64,000 nt of DNA from a virus. Taxonomy: Duplodnaviria > Caudoviricetes. Shown here piece by piece: positions 17,201-26,618 of this stretch. The notes beneath the pieces were generated by a model that worked only from the letters and a program-made list of their open reading frames with translations, had not been told where the DNA came from and searched no databases. Position 1 is the stretch's first letter; every line of letters starts with the position of its first letter. A program made the translations under genes and the position numbers. The stretch is taken from the IMG/VR virus record IMGVR_UViG_3300044630_004720, one strand, 5' to 3'.

Positions 17201-19013
17201 ATATAAAACATTACCAGAGACACCACCAGAACCAACACCAACACCTGTAGTTCCTGGAGTAACTCCTGAAATTCCTAAAGTTAATATTATACCATATAAG
17301 GAAGGTGGAAAAATTCCACCTCCACCAATTGACGAATTAAAAAGAATCGTGATGAAGACATTAGGAGAATGTTACTACTTCAAAAAATTTGAAGAGACTT
17401 CACCTGTTGCATTCGGTTCTTTAAAAGAAAAATTAAAGTATTTCCATCCCGCATTTCATTCCACAACACCCGAGGGATTGAATGCAAGACTTACTTTCTT
17501 AAATCAGTGTGTTAGACCGGGAGATACCGTACCGATAAAAGGTATTAGTGACGAATCCGATTTAGCTGCAAGAAATACTACTTTCGGCCCACCACCAATT
17601 TGCGTCTTAAGAATTGGTGATTTTTATCACTCAAAAATAGCAATTAGAGATGTTAATATAGGATTTGATAACTCCCCTTGGGATTTAAACCCTGAAGGTA
17701 TTGGTATACAACCAATGATAGCGGATGTTACATTACAAGTTAGTTTTATCGGTGGTCACGGATTAGAAAAACCTGTTGAAAGATTACAGAACGCTCTTTC
17801 ATCTAACTTTTATGCAAATACTGAAATTTACGATTACAGAGCAACCGCAACCGAAGATAGAAGAGCATTTAATAAAGAGGAGTTGGAAAAGTTTGCAATC
17901 CCCCCTCAAAATAATTCTTCAGGACAAGTACCACAAAATAATCCTGATTCACCAAATAATGTTACTAGAGGAGTCTATATCGGTACACTAACAGATAAGA
18001 AATTATCATATGATACTCTTATAGACAATGTATTTAAAAACACTCAAGATTATTTAAATGGTTACCAAACCGCAGTAAAAAACAACACAAAAGAATATGG
18101 TGAAAAAATTGCAAGTATTTTATTTTCACCAACATATAGAGAAACAAAAGATTTTGTTGCTCAAACTAATGGAAGTCCAATAACAATAGAAATGTTAGGA
18201 GTCTCCAAACAATCAAAAGTCACTAGTGAATTATTAAGAATATTTCGAATGAAATTAATGAGTAAGTTAGATAAGATAACAATAACAAATCTTTTTAATT
18301 TAACAACAGAACTAAATAATCCACTGACTGGTTATACTGAAACGTATTTAAAACCGATTGTTGCTGAAGAATTAAAAAATGCTCTTACAAGTTTAGAAGA
18401 TAAGGGTATTAAATTAACAAAAGAACTTGATTCTAGTAGAAATCTACTAATCAAAACATTAGATAAATTAAATTTTATACTTGAGACAACTCACGATGGT
18501 AAAATATCTGATACTAACATAGTATCAGGTGCGACGTTTGATTATTCAAACCCAACAGGTTTTACAAAAGATAAAATTTACAAACCATATGAAGAATGTG
18601 TTGACTTTTTACATAAAATTGGTCCTAAAATGTTAGAAAAGGTAGACCAATCTTTTGTAATATCTCAATCATCAGTAATATCGGACGATGAATTTAGAGA
18701 GTTTGTTGGTATTCTTTTAAGGGAGAAGAAACAAATATTATTAGATACACTATCTAAAAAAGATTCTACAAATTTTAATGCTGCGGTAATTAAGATTATA
18801 GACAAAAAATTAACTAAGTTTTTTATAACACCTAAAGAAGTAGAACCAAAAGTCGGTAAACTACCAATTAGAAAGAACACAAATAAGGTTGAGTTTAACA
18901 TTGTCAATGAAGACTTTGTATTCCCGCCTGACCAAAAAACAAATTTAATAAAAATACATTCCGCCGACACAAAATTAGGAACTAACTTAAACTACTATAG
19001 CAAAGCAAAATGA
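14217..19013 (+). CDS. Large baseplate protein with tube-initiator-like segments and an OmpA-like insert
   Basis: FPPYDLKVSEQNSAKWEENSFLGRPEPIYTYQNTSR and PPICVLRIGDFYHSKI segments typical of gp48/gp54-like tube initiators; YNLKLSFRRSAS resembles the OmpA motif; TATTTATA at 14196. Confidence 0.6.
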   Translation: MPSYLDFNSTKNFRDYILGKNISTPNGPQTFNASGYDVQKTSDYAVIDSGTVENDRDNQLSQTQNGNIFKPLEYTITDVIDTLPRRINLQLYPYFTGNLNHNIIGIMSTDNYDNESELFKFAANNIRKNPQGPVFARIQQNLYASTVGRARLSDALNGNTATAINILTGREPLVEFNNKITVAKTLAGKGIDFLQTVAGVEFPFSEIPGDYLSNPRNPINVRPQAKNELQAIYQDVTGAIGSLLGIQRRPKLSRKPSDLLIEYMGEGQRQRLYDLISYSKYGPNYTTSARSQNSSKLFNFADKIASGAKSLLGLEAPRAVSYIGDDRGNDVKYAMNDFNDRPVRSSFYLSSMFDSVAAGLLHQSKNITEGGPIGGKLTWISRKSQNKIGLYNKEFASEETQYTDSASYRFRFRNDSILGITQEILDTLPTNGLEQHSHVANVIDQTSRIFRDGGKSMSRGSNVKYVDKFSGDETGVEYCRVWTKDRSHLNYSDTMKRTGLIRKFDSSVMTAPYNLNIYPNSDGKSSFDQSTNIVKGNGGFYAKKYMFSIENLAWKASNVPGYTYNDLPYCERGPNGGRVMWFPPYDLKVSEQNSAKWEENSFLGRPEPIYTYQNTSRAGTISFKIVVDHPSILNLLVREHFKNMSDDEADNYINAFFAGCKDLDFYDLIRKYTTLEQSDIEKIQNYLNYSGDRPTIERLRTQIDPVKEPNKPDIPSTSTVSGNTTNTTSEPIGKKFILYFKNDYPKILNNNELDGLKFSDEYKAYKKNAYIKELTDGLIKENDGLFNTSHAWGPKSKNDYKVLYGEEITTFPDTAKIAELTGRTITEIDKGFETLEKNYNELKTFLTELKKLIKEKKIQEVEVAVFSSTSFVADENYNLKLSFRRSASLMKEVLEGIKNETVTEQIKIDWKGVNPQSTDKKLDVNYGPIDFKTLGYDIPGQVKFIGVSNKGEQFSAQTAENKNVNCHNLEIKSNKNLQRTAPVTFWCREASVAIKYKTLPETPPEPTPTPVVPGVTPEIPKVNIIPYKEGGKIPPPPIDELKRIVMKTLGECYYFKKFEETSPVAFGSLKEKLKYFHPAFHSTTPEGLNARLTFLNQCVRPGDTVPIKGISDESDLAARNTTFGPPPICVLRIGDFYHSKIAIRDVNIGFDNSPWDLNPEGIGIQPMIADVTLQVSFIGGHGLEKPVERLQNALSSNFYANTEIYDYRATATEDRRAFNKEELEKFAIPPQNNSSGQVPQNNPDSPNNVTRGVYIGTLTDKKLSYDTLIDNVFKNTQDYLNGYQTAVKNNTKEYGEKIASILFSPTYRETKDFVAQTNGSPITIEMLGVSKQSKVTSELLRIFRMKLMSKLDKITITNLFNLTTELNNPLTGYTETYLKPIVAEELKNALTSLEDKGIKLTKELDSSRNLLIKTLDKLNFILETTHDGKISDTNIVSGATFDYSNPTGFTKDKIYKPYEECVDFLHKIGPKMLEKVDQSFVISQSSVISDDEFREFVGILLREKKQILLDTLSKKDSTNFNAAVIKIIDKKLTKFFITPKEVEPKVGKLPIRKNTNKVEFNIVNEDFVFPPDQKTNLIKIHSADTKLGTNLNYYSKAK

Positions 19014-19333
19014 GTAACCAATATTTTGACAGATACCAATATTTTTTAGAGGACGGTAGTTTTAAAATCGTACCAGGCATTGAAATACCAATCAAAGGCT
19101 CGGACAAGTATTTTCAATATAAAAAAGGTAAGAATAGACTTGATAAAGTTTCACAGGAATATTACGGAACACCATATTTTGGATGGTTAATTATGTTAGC
19201 AAACCCGCTTGCGGGAAGTGTTGAATTTGAAATACCTGACAATTTTCTAATTAGAGTTCCATTTCCACTAGTGCCAACTTTGCAAGACTACAAAAGAGGA
19301 ATAGAATTGTATAAGTTATACTATGGCGAATAA
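19010..19333 (+). CDS. Baseplate LysM-fold protein (gp53 / P2 gpX-like)
   Basis: RLDKVSQEYYGTPYFGWLIMLANP...IPDNFLIRVP. Confidence 0.75.
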   Translation: MSNQYFDRYQYFLEDGSFKIVPGIEIPIKGSDKYFQYKKGKNRLDKVSQEYYGTPYFGWLIMLANPLAGSVEFEIPDNFLIRVPFPLVPTLQDYKRGIELYKLYYGE

Positions 19334-22300
19334 GAGAGGAACAACAAATGACATATTAGTTAAGGTCGACCAAAACAATTTAATGTACATCGACCCCAAT
19401 AGTGTCATTAATAAAGATGGACAAGTACTACCAAGAGAAGTACAACCTGAAAACTTAGTTACCTACGTTAACTTAGAAGCGGACCTTATCCCGAGAACAA
19501 CACTTATTTCAGGAAACGATACGAATACATTAACATCAATTGCTAAGGGTACGTTTAATTTAATGCGTAACGCTGAAGGTAGAGACTTCGATAGTAAATG
19601 GACTGAGTCATATACAGAATATGACCAAAAATTTGTAAAAGACAAAGAAGGTAATAAAGTACCGATAGACGAATTCTATCAACACGACAGTACTGCTCAA
19701 AGTTTTGGTATCGATAGTATTAGTATCAGAATCGAGGGTATGAATTTAGTACCCCAAGTAAACATCAAATTTATTGATGTTAGAGGTAAGACACTTTTTG
19801 AGTCTCCTGAAAATTCACCTTACAAAGCGTTTTTTCATTTACCTTGGCCAATATTTTACCTAACGGTAAAAGGTTTTTATGGTAAAGCGATAAGATATAG
19901 ATTACACTTAGTAAAATTCAATACAAGATTCAATTCATCAAATGGTAATTTTGAAATAGAAACAACTTTTGTTGGGTCCACATATGCATACTTAAATGAC
20001 ATCCCATTGGATGGTATTATGGAAGCTGCTTATATGTACCCAATCGAAGTCGTAAAGGATACTAAATTTAATGAGAAAACCAAAACATACGATAAGACAA
20101 TTAAGAAAACAAGTAGAGGGTATTCAGTTTTAAAGTCCGTTTATTCCGAGTATAGACAAAAAGGATTATTACCCAAAACATTTCCTGATAGAACACTAAG
20201 AGAAGTAATTGCAATTGCTCGTAGATTAGAAAGTATTTTAGAAGAAGAGATTTTTTCTAAAACTGTTGACCCACGAATATTAAATGATGTAGCTCAATTC
20301 GATAGAACAATGCAAGAATTTGAAAAATCAATTAAAAATTGGAAAACAAAGTTTCTTAGTGCTGAATTTTTTACCGATAAACCTGATGAAACTATTGAAT
20401 ATAACGTTCATTTAGATAAAACAGGTAAACCCGCAACAACATTTGAACTGTTAACCGGAGAAACCGCGGGCTCTTTATTTCTAATAATAAAAAACTTCAC
20501 CAACACAATTGATAGTAACCAAGCATTTGGTAAAAGTAGAGACAACAAACTACTAAAAGATAAGACAATAAAAATTAGAACGATATCGTCATCCGCTTTA
20601 TTGAATGTTAAAAGTTATTGTAAGTCTGGTGCAAAAATCGGTGTCAATATAAATGGGATACTGAATACACTTTATACCATACAAAAAGAATACGTTGAGG
20701 AGAGAGCTAAACTCGAAAGGGTTATAGAAGAAAGAATGAACAATATCATTAAGAGAAAAGATATTGGAATTGGATTTGAACCGACTATAAGAAATGTTAT
20801 TGGTTTAATATTAGCAAACGCAGATACATATATTCGTTTATTAAAAGACGTTCATTATAGGTCCTTTCAGGTTGCGGAGGAAAGAAAAAACATTTTAAAC
20901 GCGGTTAGTACCGATAGTATCGGTGAATCGATATATCCTTGGCCTGAAGTAAAAAAACCTGCAACAGGTAAAAAACAAAATGTTTTAGTTTATCCGGGTT
21001 CCTATGAAATGTCAAGAACATTACAAAGTTATGATACGAGATTGTGGCCGGAAGTTGATTTTGTAGAAAACTACAACGCGGTTGCAACTAAAAAAACCGA
21101 ACCGGCTGACGAAAAAGAAACAGGACCTGAACTTATTAATTTCTTGTCTGATAATGATTCAGATAAAAACAAGAGAAACGAAATTAGTCTTCTCACTACT
21201 TTCATCGATGTGACACCATATGGTGATAAATCGATAAGCTCAATATTATATGAGATTTATGAGAGAGCAAAATACTTTACCACTGTCGATTCATTTAAAA
21301 ACGAAACAATTAGAGAATTAGCATTATTGGAGTTCGACAACATAAAAAACCAAATTGCTGAGGATTTTGATATTATTGAAATTCTTAAATCTGAAGTTAA
21401 AAATGTTAGTGCTCTTAAAAAATATATGTTAGGGTTTTCCGCTTATGAAAGATACCCATATTATGAAGACCAACAACCAACAATACCTTATATTAAAGAG
21501 TCGTTAGATAATGGTTTTAAGATAGAACAATATAAACCAAAAAATAATGTTGTAGACAATAAGGCACTATATCCAAACTTAGCAAAAAATTTATTGGAAT
21601 ATATTGGGGAGGAATATAGAACCAAAATGTATCCATTTAATTCCAACGAATATATTAGTTACCTAAAAATGTATGGATATTCGGGTTACACCGCAAATCA
21701 AATTCATTTAAAAGGAATGGTTAGATTGGATACTGTAGAATCTTTAGCATCCTCGTCAATAGAACCAAATATGTGGCACTATGCTGAAGATAATCAATAC
21801 GTTCAAAATACAGGTTTAACGATTAATTGGAAAACTGGTAAAAACTTATTCGATAATTCAATACCATTCGACACCTTAAACTATACAGGAGGAACATATA
21901 ATGGTAAAGAATATAGGTTTATATTAAACACACCATATTTCCATAAACAATTATATAAAGATTTTAGAAATCCAAAGACAAAAGGAAGATATGCGGGGTC
22001 CGCTTACTTACTATTGTCCCAAATGAATTTTAAAGCACTTTCACATCAGGTTGCAGACACATTAAACATCATTGTGAGTGCATTTGCACATTCACCACAA
22101 TCAGGTGTCTTGATGTCAACATTGTTTAAAGAATTAGCGGCGACACATTATATACCATATCATTTAGTACTTCAATGGGGGGCGGTGTATCATAGATATA
22201 AAAAATATCTTACAGAAGGGGAAGACATTCTTTCAGGAATGACAGAACCTATTGATATGAATTTATTCTTTGATAATAATCAAAATTTGACTTACAATTT

Positions 22301-25202
22301 TACACTGACCGGTGGCACTAATACAAATTATAGTCTAACAAGAAATAATGAAAAGAGTTATGGATTCACACCTTTTTACCATTCAATATACCACCAAGTT
22401 GTAAACGATTATACATTTTATGACCCATTGTCGGCAACCCCAAATACGAACTATGTTAACGCAATAAATCAAGGAGTAATAAAACTTTTTCCAACAAGAG
22501 GAGAAGGTTCTTTGAGTTGGAATGTGTTAATCGATAATTCAAAGTTCGACAATACCAAAAAAACATTAACCATACTACCGAGTGGAGGATTAAGGGAGTC
22601 TAATTATAGTGGTTATACAAGACAACAACAAGATAACTTTAAAACAATATGGGGGGACCCCTTACAATTTTTAAATTTAATGATAGGTTCAGCACAATTG
22701 TCGAACCCAAAGAACTATGCTCCACTATATAGTGGATTAACATCACCAACTTATAAACAATATTTTACAGATAAAGACGGAGTTCCAAGTATATCATCTT
22801 CAAATAAGAAAATTATTGATTTGATTGGAACATTCAGTCCTGAATTATTAGATACTTTTGAGGAAATGTTTTTAGACTTCTCATCGGACACAATTAACGA
22901 TGAAGTCAACCAAAATAAATTTAATTTCAAGTACAATAGTTTTAAATCAATTCTTAAAGAATTATCAACAATAGATTTTTCTTCGGAAGACAAGTTTTCA
23001 AAGACAGAAGATTTAAATAACTTCTCATTAAATGTTTATTGGAGACAAAGGGAAAAAATGTTTAAAATAACTGAATCAATACTAAGTAATGATAATTTAG
23101 TTAAACTTACCATCACTAATCCAAAAGGAATCGACGCTCACGTTTTAGGTGGTTTCGCACAAGTAAACGTTGAAAGATTCTCAACAGGTATTGATTTTGA
23201 TAGTGGACAAATCGACCAAGACACACAGAACGCGATAGAACTTTATGTTGGTGAAGATATAAGTGGATATTATGTTGACTTTTTTAGATATAACAATATT
23301 GAATTAAATGAAGAGAACGTAAAACGATTTAGGTTCTTAATTTATGTTTATGCAGGATATGTAAAATCTGGAGGAACTAATACAAAACAAGCATTCATCA
23401 ATTATTTAAGAAACAATATTATATTAAAAGACTCTGACCCAATTTCAAAAGTATCGGGACAGGAAAATAGATTGATATTATTTTTAGACACCCTAATCGG
23501 CAGATTCTCAACACTCAAAGCGGTGGCGGGGGTACAAAGATTAAAAATTGATAGGGGGTATAACGATGATTTAATTAAATTAGAATTATACAACTACTTT
23601 AAATCGTTTAATGATAAATGGATTGCGGGTAATTCAATTGGACAAAGAGGACTATTAGAGGAGTTTTTATTTTTAAATAAAGCCAATGTCGACATTGGTG
23701 ACGATGTTTACATTGATATTAAGAAATTAATTGAAATTGGAGACCAACGAAATTCAAAAAAACAAAACCTTTACGGAACAATATCAAATCTTATTGTAAG
23801 AACAGGATTTGATTTAAGACCACTTCCGGCTTATGTTAATTTCTATGGTACTAATTTTAATAATAAAGTAAAAACTACACCATCTAAAAGTGTGGCTAGT
23901 AATATTTTTGGTTCCTTTTTAGAGGTCGATTATCAAGAATCATCACCTAAAATTATTCTACAATATACAGGTCCTACATCTAAGTACTTAGAATTGAATG
24001 AGATTAATAAGAAATTCCTATACAAGGACGATAGTTTCAATATTAGTCAAACCAATAATAACCCAATATTAGTGGCGAATGATGCATTTACGAGAGTTGA
24101 TTTTTATAAATCTAATAAAGCGGTTGCGTTTGAGGTAAGTTTCGGAGACCAAAATCAAGGAATCTTCAAAGGAATTGAATTAGACCAATCTTCAGTTAGA
24201 AACACATCGGAATCTTTCCAAGTATTAGAAAATTTGGGAGCAAGTGAAACAGGTTCAAGCACCGCTCAAGTGGATGTTGGTTTGTTCGACATCTATAGGT
24301 CACAATCCTATACTTGTAATGTAACAATGATGGGAGATGTGATGATACAACCAACAATGTATTTTTATCTTAAAAATATACCACTGTTTAAGGGTACATA
24401 CCTAATTCAAGAAGTTAACCATAGTATTAGAAACAATGTGATTGAAACGTCATTTAAAGGAACTAGAATACCTATAACATCTCTACCTGACCCTAAAGAT
24501 TCGTTTATGGCTAGTTATCGTGCACTATTCGATAAGATGGTGGCAAAAGCAACTGCTAAAGTTAAAGAGGCGGATAAAGTATTGAAGAATGTTAAAAATG
24601 GTGATAAGGTGTTTACTGACACTAAGGGTAATACGTATTCATATAACACAGGGGGTAAAGAAGTTAGTGGTGAAAAGATAATCGAAAGAGCGTCAATAAC
24701 TAGTTACGGAGTTCCGTACAATGGTTATGAGGGTCAGAAAAATATACAATTAGCACAATATGAGGAAGGTGAATGGTTACGAGCAATTGTGACACCTATG
24801 GGAGGTTCAAAATACACACCAGCGGATGACGTTGATTTGGGAATTGTAAGTAGATACGAACACCTATCAGGTTCAACAGTGATTAATGAAAAGGTTAAAT
24901 GGTTGGATGTTAAAAATACAGGAGATAAACAACAATTCTACTCAACTCAAATTAATCTTGGAGGTTCATTAACTGCCAATGACCTCATTTCCAAATACGG
25001 TAATACTGAATTCTATAATCCAAAACCTAATGTTAAGAAGAAAGTAACCATTAAAACATCATTTGATTATACAAATAAGAAGTTTAATGGACCGATACAT
25101 TATGGTATGTCACCTGATTATGGTATATCAATGTCTAAGTCACTTATGTCTCAACTTGATTTATATGAGGGAGATGTGGTATATTTCAGGTTAACTACGT
25201 AA
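19323..25202 (+). CDS. Very large baseplate hub protein (gp27/late-control-D-like fold with large inserts)
   Basis: N-terminal PQVNIKFIDVRGK...FYLTVKGFYG and C-terminal CNVTMMGDVMIQP...GTYLIQEVNHSI segments; follows the LysM-fold gene. Confidence 0.6.
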   Translation: MANKRGTTNDILVKVDQNNLMYIDPNSVINKDGQVLPREVQPENLVTYVNLEADLIPRTTLISGNDTNTLTSIAKGTFNLMRNAEGRDFDSKWTESYTEYDQKFVKDKEGNKVPIDEFYQHDSTAQSFGIDSISIRIEGMNLVPQVNIKFIDVRGKTLFESPENSPYKAFFHLPWPIFYLTVKGFYGKAIRYRLHLVKFNTRFNSSNGNFEIETTFVGSTYAYLNDIPLDGIMEAAYMYPIEVVKDTKFNEKTKTYDKTIKKTSRGYSVLKSVYSEYRQKGLLPKTFPDRTLREVIAIARRLESILEEEIFSKTVDPRILNDVAQFDRTMQEFEKSIKNWKTKFLSAEFFTDKPDETIEYNVHLDKTGKPATTFELLTGETAGSLFLIIKNFTNTIDSNQAFGKSRDNKLLKDKTIKIRTISSSALLNVKSYCKSGAKIGVNINGILNTLYTIQKEYVEERAKLERVIEERMNNIIKRKDIGIGFEPTIRNVIGLILANADTYIRLLKDVHYRSFQVAEERKNILNAVSTDSIGESIYPWPEVKKPATGKKQNVLVYPGSYEMSRTLQSYDTRLWPEVDFVENYNAVATKKTEPADEKETGPELINFLSDNDSDKNKRNEISLLTTFIDVTPYGDKSISSILYEIYERAKYFTTVDSFKNETIRELALLEFDNIKNQIAEDFDIIEILKSEVKNVSALKKYMLGFSAYERYPYYEDQQPTIPYIKESLDNGFKIEQYKPKNNVVDNKALYPNLAKNLLEYIGEEYRTKMYPFNSNEYISYLKMYGYSGYTANQIHLKGMVRLDTVESLASSSIEPNMWHYAEDNQYVQNTGLTINWKTGKNLFDNSIPFDTLNYTGGTYNGKEYRFILNTPYFHKQLYKDFRNPKTKGRYAGSAYLLLSQMNFKALSHQVADTLNIIVSAFAHSPQSGVLMSTLFKELAATHYIPYHLVLQWGAVYHRYKKYLTEGEDILSGMTEPIDMNLFFDNNQNLTYNFTLTGGTNTNYSLTRNNEKSYGFTPFYHSIYHQVVNDYTFYDPLSATPNTNYVNAINQGVIKLFPTRGEGSLSWNVLIDNSKFDNTKKTLTILPSGGLRESNYSGYTRQQQDNFKTIWGDPLQFLNLMIGSAQLSNPKNYAPLYSGLTSPTYKQYFTDKDGVPSISSSNKKIIDLIGTFSPELLDTFEEMFLDFSSDTINDEVNQNKFNFKYNSFKSILKELSTIDFSSEDKFSKTEDLNNFSLNVYWRQREKMFKITESILSNDNLVKLTITNPKGIDAHVLGGFAQVNVERFSTGIDFDSGQIDQDTQNAIELYVGEDISGYYVDFFRYNNIELNEENVKRFRFLIYVYAGYVKSGGTNTKQAFINYLRNNIILKDSDPISKVSGQENRLILFLDTLIGRFSTLKAVAGVQRLKIDRGYNDDLIKLELYNYFKSFNDKWIAGNSIGQRGLLEEFLFLNKANVDIGDDVYIDIKKLIEIGDQRNSKKQNLYGTISNLIVRTGFDLRPLPAYVNFYGTNFNNKVKTTPSKSVASNIFGSFLEVDYQESSPKIILQYTGPTSKYLELNEINKKFLYKDDSFNISQTNNNPILVANDAFTRVDFYKSNKAVAFEVSFGDQNQGIFKGIELDQSSVRNTSESFQVLENLGASETGSSTAQVDVGLFDIYRSQSYTCNVTMMGDVMIQPTMYFYLKNIPLFKGTYLIQEVNHSIRNNVIETSFKGTRIPITSLPDPKDSFMASYRALFDKMVAKATAKVKEADKVLKNVKNGDKVFTDTKGNTYSYNTGGKEVSGEKIIERASITSYGVPYNGYEGQKNIQLAQYEEGEWLRAIVTPMGGSKYTPADDVDLGIVSRYEHLSGSTVINEKVKWLDVKNTGDKQQFYSTQINLGGSLTANDLISKYGNTEFYNPKPNVKKKVTIKTSFDYTNKKFNGPIHYGMSPDYGISMSKSLMSQLDLYEGDVVYFRLTT

Positions 25203-25244
25203 ATTTAAAAAATTCTTGATATTTATATTTATAACAAAAATATT

Positions 25245-25448
25245 ATGGACAATTTAAAAATAAATAATACGGCGGACCAATTCTTAAACCAAAAACAGGT
25301 TACCAAGATATCTAACGATGGAATGGAACGTGAAGAATGTGATTTAGTAACTGGAGAATGTTATGTTATCAGGTCAAAAGATGGTATAGTAGAAAGAATA
25401 AATAAAAAATACATTACCGAAGACGGTAGACAACTATTACAAGATTAA
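25245..25448 (+). CDS. Hypothetical protein (67 aa)
   Basis: ORF preceded by two overlapping TATTTATA motifs (25220, 25226). Confidence 0.6.
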   Translation: MDNLKINNTADQFLNQKQVTKISNDGMEREECDLVTGECYVIRSKDGIVERINKKYITEDGRQLLQD

Positions 25449-25452
25449 TACT

Positions 25453-26163
25453 ATGTTAAAGGAAAAACTTTTAGAAGAATTAAATCGCTACAATGCGATT
25501 AATAGATACACCCAAAAATTAGTCTTAGAACAAGATATGGGTGCAGATGCGGCGGCCGCTGCAGTTCCACCGGCTGACCCATTAGCGGGTACCCCCCCAC
25601 CGGCTGACCCAATGGCGGCAGGTGCGGACCCTATGGCTGCAGGAGCAGACCCTATGGCCGCAGGAGCGGACCCGGCAGCGGGAGGAGTTCCACCGGCTGA
25701 CCCAATGGCTGCAGGAGGAGCAGAAGCACCTGCAACCGCTGAAACTGAAGAAATTGATATTACCGATTTAGTTAATATGACCAAATCAATCAAAAATGAA
25801 ATGGACAAGAACAAAGATGAGGGTAATTCTGTAATTCAGAAAATGGATAGTGTTTTTGGTAAATTAAATGATTTGGAACAAAAATTAGCTCAAATGGACT
25901 CTGTTATTTCAAAAATAGACGAGTTGGGTGGTAAAATTGAACAAGTAAAACCAAAGACCCCTCAAGAAAAATTAGAAATGCGTTCTTTAGACTCATATCC
26001 GTTTAATCAAAATCCACAAGACTTCTTTAGTCAAAAACAAAATGAAATGCAGGCTTCAGGTAAAAATGAGTATGTATTAACAAAGGATGAGGTTGAAAAC
26101 TACGGTCAAGCCCAAATAATGAAATCTTTTAATCCAGACGAAACTAATGAACCTCAGTTCTAA
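25453..26163 (+). CDS. Acidic low-complexity/coiled-coil protein, possibly scaffold-like or internal virion protein
   Basis: ADPMAAG repeats, EEIDITDLV, heptad-like segment; cotranscription with a late ORF is inferred. Confidence 0.5.
   Translation: MLKEKLLEELNRYNAINRYTQKLVLEQDMGADAAAAAVPPADPLAGTPPPADPMAAGADPMAAGADPMAAGADPAAGGVPPADPMAAGGAEAPATAETEEIDITDLVNMTKSIKNEMDKNKDEGNSVIQKMDSVFGKLNDLEQKLAQMDSVISKIDELGGKIEQVKPKTPQEKLEMRSLDSYPFNQNPQDFFSQKQNEMQASGKNEYVLTKDEVENYGQAQIMKSFNPDETNEPQF
25603..25716 (+). repeat. GC-rich coding tandem repeat (about 21-bp unit, ADPMAAG)
   Basis: gctgacccaatggcggcaggt / gcggaccctatggctgcagga / gcagaccctatggccgcagga / gcggacccggcagcgggagga. Confidence 0.85.
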
Positions 26164-26521
26164 TGTAAATTTTTTATTACAAACCCAAACACAAATTAAA
26201 ATACTACACTGGCAGACCAAAGGTTATGCTAGACACCAAGCTTTTGGTGAAACTTATAGTAATTTAGACGCACTAATTGACGACTTTGTGGAAATCTATA
26301 TGGGTAAGTACGGAAGATTTTCACTAAGCGAAAATGAAAAGAAGATATCAATAGACAATTTAACAGAATTAGATTTAACGGCTTTTATGAAAACCGTAAA
26401 ATCCGAACTTATCGGAATGTCTAACGACTTATCTAAAGACAAAGATACAGATTTATTAAATCTTAGAGATGAGATGTTGGGACTTTTCAACAAATTATCG
26501 TACCTCTTAACGTTGGAATAA
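26147..26521 (+). CDS. Ferritin/Dps-like four-helix-bundle protein
   Basis: LHWQTKGYARHQAFGETY...IDDFVEIYMGKYGR resembles the Dps HW...H..F.E.Y...D..AE...G pattern. Confidence 0.6.
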   Translation: MNLSSNVNFLLQTQTQIKILHWQTKGYARHQAFGETYSNLDALIDDFVEIYMGKYGRFSLSENEKKISIDNLTELDLTAFMKTVKSELIGMSNDLSKDKDTDLLNLRDEMLGLFNKLSYLLTLE

Positions 26522-26543
26522 AAAATTTCCAAAAAAGAAACAG

Positions 26544-26571
26544 AGCCGGGTTTGACAATCCGGCTTTTTTT
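26544..26571 (+). terminator. Rho-independent terminator
   Basis: AGCCGG-(GTTTGACAAT)-CCGGCT followed by a T-tract. Confidence 0.8.
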
Positions 26572-26582
26572 GTTTATACTTT
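26551..26582 (+). promoter_or_regulatory. Early/middle promoter for the replication block
   Basis: TTGACA (26552-26557)-N17-TATACT (26575-26580); can also be read as TTTG-N20-TATACTTT. Confidence 0.75.
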
Positions 26583-26618
26583 ACTTATAACACATTAATA
26601 AATTAAAATTCAATTATT

